Shown here: in pieces, positions 17,721 through 20,738 of the stretch
Layout: each line of letters opens with the position of its first letter
How positions within the stretch are numbered: the first letter of the stretch is position 1
DNA from: Paramicrosporidium saccamoebae KSL3
Taxonomy: Eukaryota; Fungi; Cryptomycota
DNA length: 20,738 nt
Direction of reading: 5' to 3'
Assembly (NCBI GenBank): GCA_002794465.1
Contig: MTSL01000128.1
Location: 20,790-41,527, forward strand
Translations under genes and position numbers: made by a program
Notes under the pieces: model-generated
What the model was told of the DNA's origin: nothing
Databases searched by the model: none
The model's input: the letters and a program-made list of their open reading frames with translations, nothing else

Positions 17721-18551
17721 TCATTGGAAACTACCGCTCTGTTGGGACTGTTGGAAGCCACCATTACTCTGTTGGGAGCCACCATTGCTCTGCTGGGAGC
17801 CGCCATTGCTCTGTTGGGAGCCACCATTGCTCTGTTGAAAACTCCCCTGGCTTTGTTGGACGCTCCCCCCGCTCTGTTGGAAACTTCCTCCGCTTTGTTG
17901 GAAACTTCCTCCGCTTTGCTGGAAACTTCCCCCACTTTGTTGGACACTTCCCCCACTTTGTTGCGTTATCCTCTGCGTCTGTTCCCCGCTACACTGAGTA
18001 TACATTTTCGATGCCTTGTCAACCTGATCGATCAGTCTTGCATATAACTCGATATCAAAATGACAGAATCGGCTCTTTTGAACCAGAACATTGGCAAGTA
18101 ACTCCATTGCTGTCGTAAAGCCCATAGTACACGTCGAATCACCTTCTAACGTTGATGATTTCAGCACCAAGGCACGTAGATTCGATAAATGTTCAGGAAG
18201 TGCATGCTGTGAGCAGATAGATTTGCATTCCAGAAGATTAGAGCGCATGTCGCGGTCAAGACGGCTTAGGCAGGTATAGAGATCACCAGAACAATGCCAC
18301 CAACTGGTCCTGCCCATTGTGGTTTGAATTTCTTGTTGAACCTTTTCGCAGCTGCCTCGTTGCATAACTGTGCATTTAATCTCATGTGTGGCATTGAGTG
18401 GACGCGAGCCAAGCGATTGCAAAGAAGCTGCAATATCAGGGGACTGTTGGGGGGGTATTGCTGGTCCCAGCGACTGTTGAATAGGTGCTGTCTGCCCGCT
18501 AATCGTACACAAGTAGGCCGCAGCTATAATGACAAATTCAGACAAGATCAT
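17721..18551 (-). CDS. Secreted Cys-patterned protein, family B (B1), 276 aa, with a C-terminal QQSGGSF/QQSNGGS heptad-repeat tail
   Basis: ATG at 18551 (the track start at 18602 is a GTG). Signal peptide MILSEFVIIAAAYLCTISG. Core WHCSGDLYTC...C-x21-C-x23-C is shared with B3. Confidence 0.85.
   Translation of the reverse strand: MILSEFVIIAAAYLCTISGQTAPIQQSLGPAIPPQQSPDIAASLQSLGSRPLNATHEIKCTVMQRGSCEKVQQEIQTTMGRTSWWHCSGDLYTCLSRLDRDMRSNLLECKSICSQHALPEHLSNLRALVLKSSTLEGDSTCTMGFTTAMELLANVLVQKSRFCHFDIELYARLIDQVDKASKMYTQCSGEQTQRITQQSGGSVQQSGGSFQQSGGSFQQSGGSFQQSGGSVQQSQGSFQQSNGGSQQSNGGSQQSNGGSQQSNGGFQQSQQSGSFQ
17724..17963 (-). repeat. 21-bp coding tandem repeat x10 plus partial units (QQSGGS[VF] block, then QQSNGG[SF] block)
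   Basis: CAACAAAGTGGGGGAAGTGTC-type units followed by CAACAGAGCAATGGTGGCTCC-type units. Confidence 0.95.
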
Positions 18552-18692
18552 TATATGGCCCCCTCTTTCATTCAGTGTCCTCTTCAACCGGACATTGAAC
18601 ACTTGATACTAGTAATGCTCTGCACCAATCAAACAGTCTAGTTCTGTGGTATTAAATGAACCAATCAAAGTGGCCAATTGTGGTATATCATT

Positions 18693-19622
18693 TTATTCAG
18701 ACATGATAATATTGCGGTTCCGATCACAATCGGGGCAGTTTGTGTCCATTCCGTTTAGCGGCCTTCCATCAGGTCCAGCCGATCCCATGAATGGATTAGC
18801 GGGCTGATATGACGGAGGGGAATAGGGCCATTTAGGTGGTAGGGGTCGCGTATTGGCGCCATGTCTTCTTGAGAAGGGGTAACGATAGCGTGGGTGTCTT
18901 CTCAACGGTCTGCTGAATCCGTCCCCAATGCGATCGGTAGGAGCAGGAGGAGTGGGTACATTATTGCCGTACTTGCTGGGATATCCGAAGCGATTTCTAA
19001 GCACATCTACTTGAACAAAGCCACACATGACCTTGTTTACAAGTAGCTTTACACTCATCCGAATCACTTTCATTAAGAGAATCCAATCCAGTTGGCAATA
19101 TTGTGCTTTGCGGAGGAGTTCGCGGGTTCTCGTGACCATTGTGTCGAGAAATGTCCCCAGGACAGGGTGTTTTTTAACCTCTTCTGATGGAGCGCTACCT
19201 AGTTTACCAAGCAACGAATGCACATATTGGGGTAATGAATGAATCTGAAACGTTGATTTGTTGCATCTACTCCTTCTCAGCGTATCCTCAATCCTGGTCA
19301 TGATGGTCATTAGACCAGTGTAGACGTCATCTGGGGACAGAGAATTATCACAAACCATTAATAAATTGGGATCCAATTTTTTGGGATTGAGAATTGGCAT
19401 TTCATTCTTCTGTTCTTCGTTGACCACCCAACTCTGTTCAAGTGCGTTTAATTGAAATTGCGGGCGATAGCGGGGGAGCAATGGCTCTTGGGGATACTGT
19501 TGTCCATATGGTGGATATGATGACTGTACACGTCGTCTCGAGATAGGTTCAACATAACCCCAATATGGCATCTGTTGACACACTACACTCCCGAAAATTA
19601 CTAACAGAGGTAATGTCCGCAT
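18693..19622 (-). CDS. Secreted protein, family B (B2), 309 aa; Y/P/Q-rich N-arm, helical Cys core, R/P/Y-rich tail with CPDC
   Basis: Signal peptide MRTLPLLVIFGSVVC. MTRIEDTLRRSRCNKS aligns with B3 MTRQVVENLRSTQCNNTS. LLRKAQYCQLD-x20-C matches the C-x23-C of B1 and B3. Confidence 0.8.
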   Translation of the reverse strand: MRTLPLLVIFGSVVCQQMPYWGYVEPISRRRVQSSYPPYGQQYPQEPLLPRYRPQFQLNALEQSWVVNEEQKNEMPILNPKKLDPNLLMVCDNSLSPDDVYTGLMTIMTRIEDTLRRSRCNKSTFQIHSLPQYVHSLLGKLGSAPSEEVKKHPVLGTFLDTMVTRTRELLRKAQYCQLDWILLMKVIRMSVKLLVNKVMCGFVQVDVLRNRFGYPSKYGNNVPTPPAPTDRIGDGFSRPLRRHPRYRYPFSRRHGANTRPLPPKWPYSPPSYQPANPFMGSAGPDGRPLNGMDTNCPDCDRNRNIIMSE

Positions 19623-19759
19623 AGCTATCCGGCAATATTCACTGTAAACTCACCGATGTGTATTAGTGGGAATATGTATATGAATTACAGGGTGCTACAC
19701 ATTTCGAACGGAACGCATCCATTGGTCTCCCCTCTAACAGCTAGTGATTGGTCTAAAGT

Positions 19760-19910
19760 TGTGATTTCAAGGGGGTTAACCGTAATTTCAAAGGGTGACT
19801 CGTGATCTCAAGGGGTGACTCGTAATTTCAAGGGGCGACTCGTAATCTAACAGGATAGCTCGTGATTTAAAAGAATAACTAGTGATTTGAAATGGTAATT
19901 CGTGGTTAAC
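19760..19910. repeat. 20-bp intergenic tandem array x ~7, consensus CGTRATTTCAAGGGGTGACT
   Basis: cgtaatttcaaagggtgact / cgtgatctcaaggggtgact / cgtaatttcaaggggcgact / cgtaatctaacaggatagct / cgtgatttaaaagaataact / agtgatttgaaatggtaatt, decaying outward. Confidence 0.9.
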
Positions 19911-19926
19911 ATGTTTATTGAGCACC

Positions 19927-20586
19927 CTAGACACGGACATTACCCGACTTTGGCCATAGACCCGATGGAATAGCCGTAGGTGGAGGGGGTTGGGTAGAAG
20001 CGGGCTGGGAACCATTTGTAGTTGCCGATGCGCCCGTGCCATCGGGGGCTTCGGCGCCATTGGAGGTCGCCAATGCGCCAGTGCCACCTTGCATTGATCC
20101 GAGTAATGAGCTGAGAGTGTCACCTGGAGTGGTTGGCTTAGATCCGCTCTTTGCGCACTGTAGCTCTGCTCTGAATAGCTGTTGTGCCATCTCGAATAAG
20201 GTAAAAAGTCCTACATAGTCAACTTGGCATTTCTGGGATTTCTGCAGCACAATATTGGCCGAATACTCCATCTCCTCAGTCCATTTGATAGGACAAGCCT
20301 CTGCAGATTTTGGTTTCCGAGATAAGGAATCGTAAAGTGTCTTTCTCAAATCGTTACTATACTTTTGATCACAAGGGGCTAGACAACTGGTATTGTTGCA
20401 TTGAGTGGAACGGAGATTCTCAACGACCTGTCGAGTCATGTTATTGTAGCACCCAATAGAATCTGATTGGCATTTCCACAACTTGGAAGTGTCTAGTTGA
20501 AATGACGCATTTGGATTATCGCACAGATTGGTAATTGGTGCAGCTGCATAGATTACGCTTGCTCCGGTTATTAGAACCCACCACAT
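19927..20586 (-). CDS. Secreted Cys-rich protein, family B (B3), 219 aa, with a G/S/T/A/P-rich tail
   Basis: Signal peptide MWWVLITGASVIYA. Nine Cys within residues 22-144 and four N-x-S/T sequons (N26, N49, N64, N65). Motifs WKCQSDSIGC and C-x21-C-x23-C with MExxANxxxQKSxxCxxD. Confidence 0.87.
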   Translation of the reverse strand: MWWVLITGASVIYAAAPITNLCDNPNASFQLDTSKLWKCQSDSIGCYNNMTRQVVENLRSTQCNNTSCLAPCDQKYSNDLRKTLYDSLSRKPKSAEACPIKWTEEMEYSANIVLQKSQKCQVDYVGLFTLFEMAQQLFRAELQCAKSGSKPTTPGDTLSSLLGSMQGGTGALATSNGAEAPDGTGASATTNGSQPASTQPPPPTAIPSGLWPKSGNVRV

Positions 20587-20686
20587 TATCGAGTGCCCTG
20601 TCTGATGATGGACCTTATCTTGGCGGCATCAATATGAGACTTGTTACAAGTGAAATTGACCAATCATGGCCGTGTAGCGAAGAGAT

Positions 20687-20705
20687 TGTCGCGTAGTGGG
20701 GATAA
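20687..20705. promoter_or_regulatory. 19-bp element TGTCGCGTAGTGGGGATAA, identical to 8164-8182
   Basis: Exact repeat, ~100 nt upstream of the B3 ATG. Confidence 0.55.
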
Positions 20706-20738
20706 TACCACGGACTTTGTCAGGCGGGAAGAGACGAG

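Noticed and set aside
17705-18047. Alternative-frame (17705-17956, -) and antisense (17724-18047, +) ORFs over the B1 tail; programmed frameshift considered
   Set aside because: Stop-free frames are expected in a 21-bp repeat; B1 terminates cleanly at TGA 17721-17723.
19788-20123. 111-aa alternative ORF extending B3 through the 20-bp array
   Set aside because: The array period is not a multiple of 3, and the only GTAATG...TAG near the B3 end is 17 nt, well below the 27-31 nt intron size.
17721-20586. Naming B1-B3 as polar tube proteins PTP1/PTP2
   Set aside because: Only architectural analogy; no motif-level similarity that I can see, so it is kept as a hypothesis only.
1-20738. Transposons, tRNA or rRNA genes
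   Set aside because: No transposase, reverse transcriptase, terminal repeats, cloverleaf or rRNA-like sequence recognised.

Overview
Compact, ~47% GC eukaryotic genomic DNA. Gene content and architecture point to an early-branching fungus or a Rozellomycota/basal-microsporidia-like parasite (inference). The window opens with the 3' end of a + strand C2H2 zinc-finger gene, followed by 12 consecutive minus-strand genes. Five are recognisable: an E2F-partner DP factor, a Fun19/Ada2-type SWIRM protein, DCAF7/WDR68, a probable Raf1/Dos1-like WD40 DCAF and exocyst Sec5. They alternate with two unrecognised families of signal-peptide proteins. Family A has four large (~475-600 aa) proteins in two tandem pairs with ordered shared motifs. 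Family B has three tandem Cys-patterned proteins, each with a different low-complexity extension. Several ORF-track fragments join into single genes through 27-31 nt GTA...AG micro-introns (7 modelled, 1 more tentative). Intergenic spacers carry 5-, 6-, 17-, 20- and ~35-bp tandem arrays, plus a recurrent TGTCRCGTA motif. All alignments were done by eye; no database search was run.
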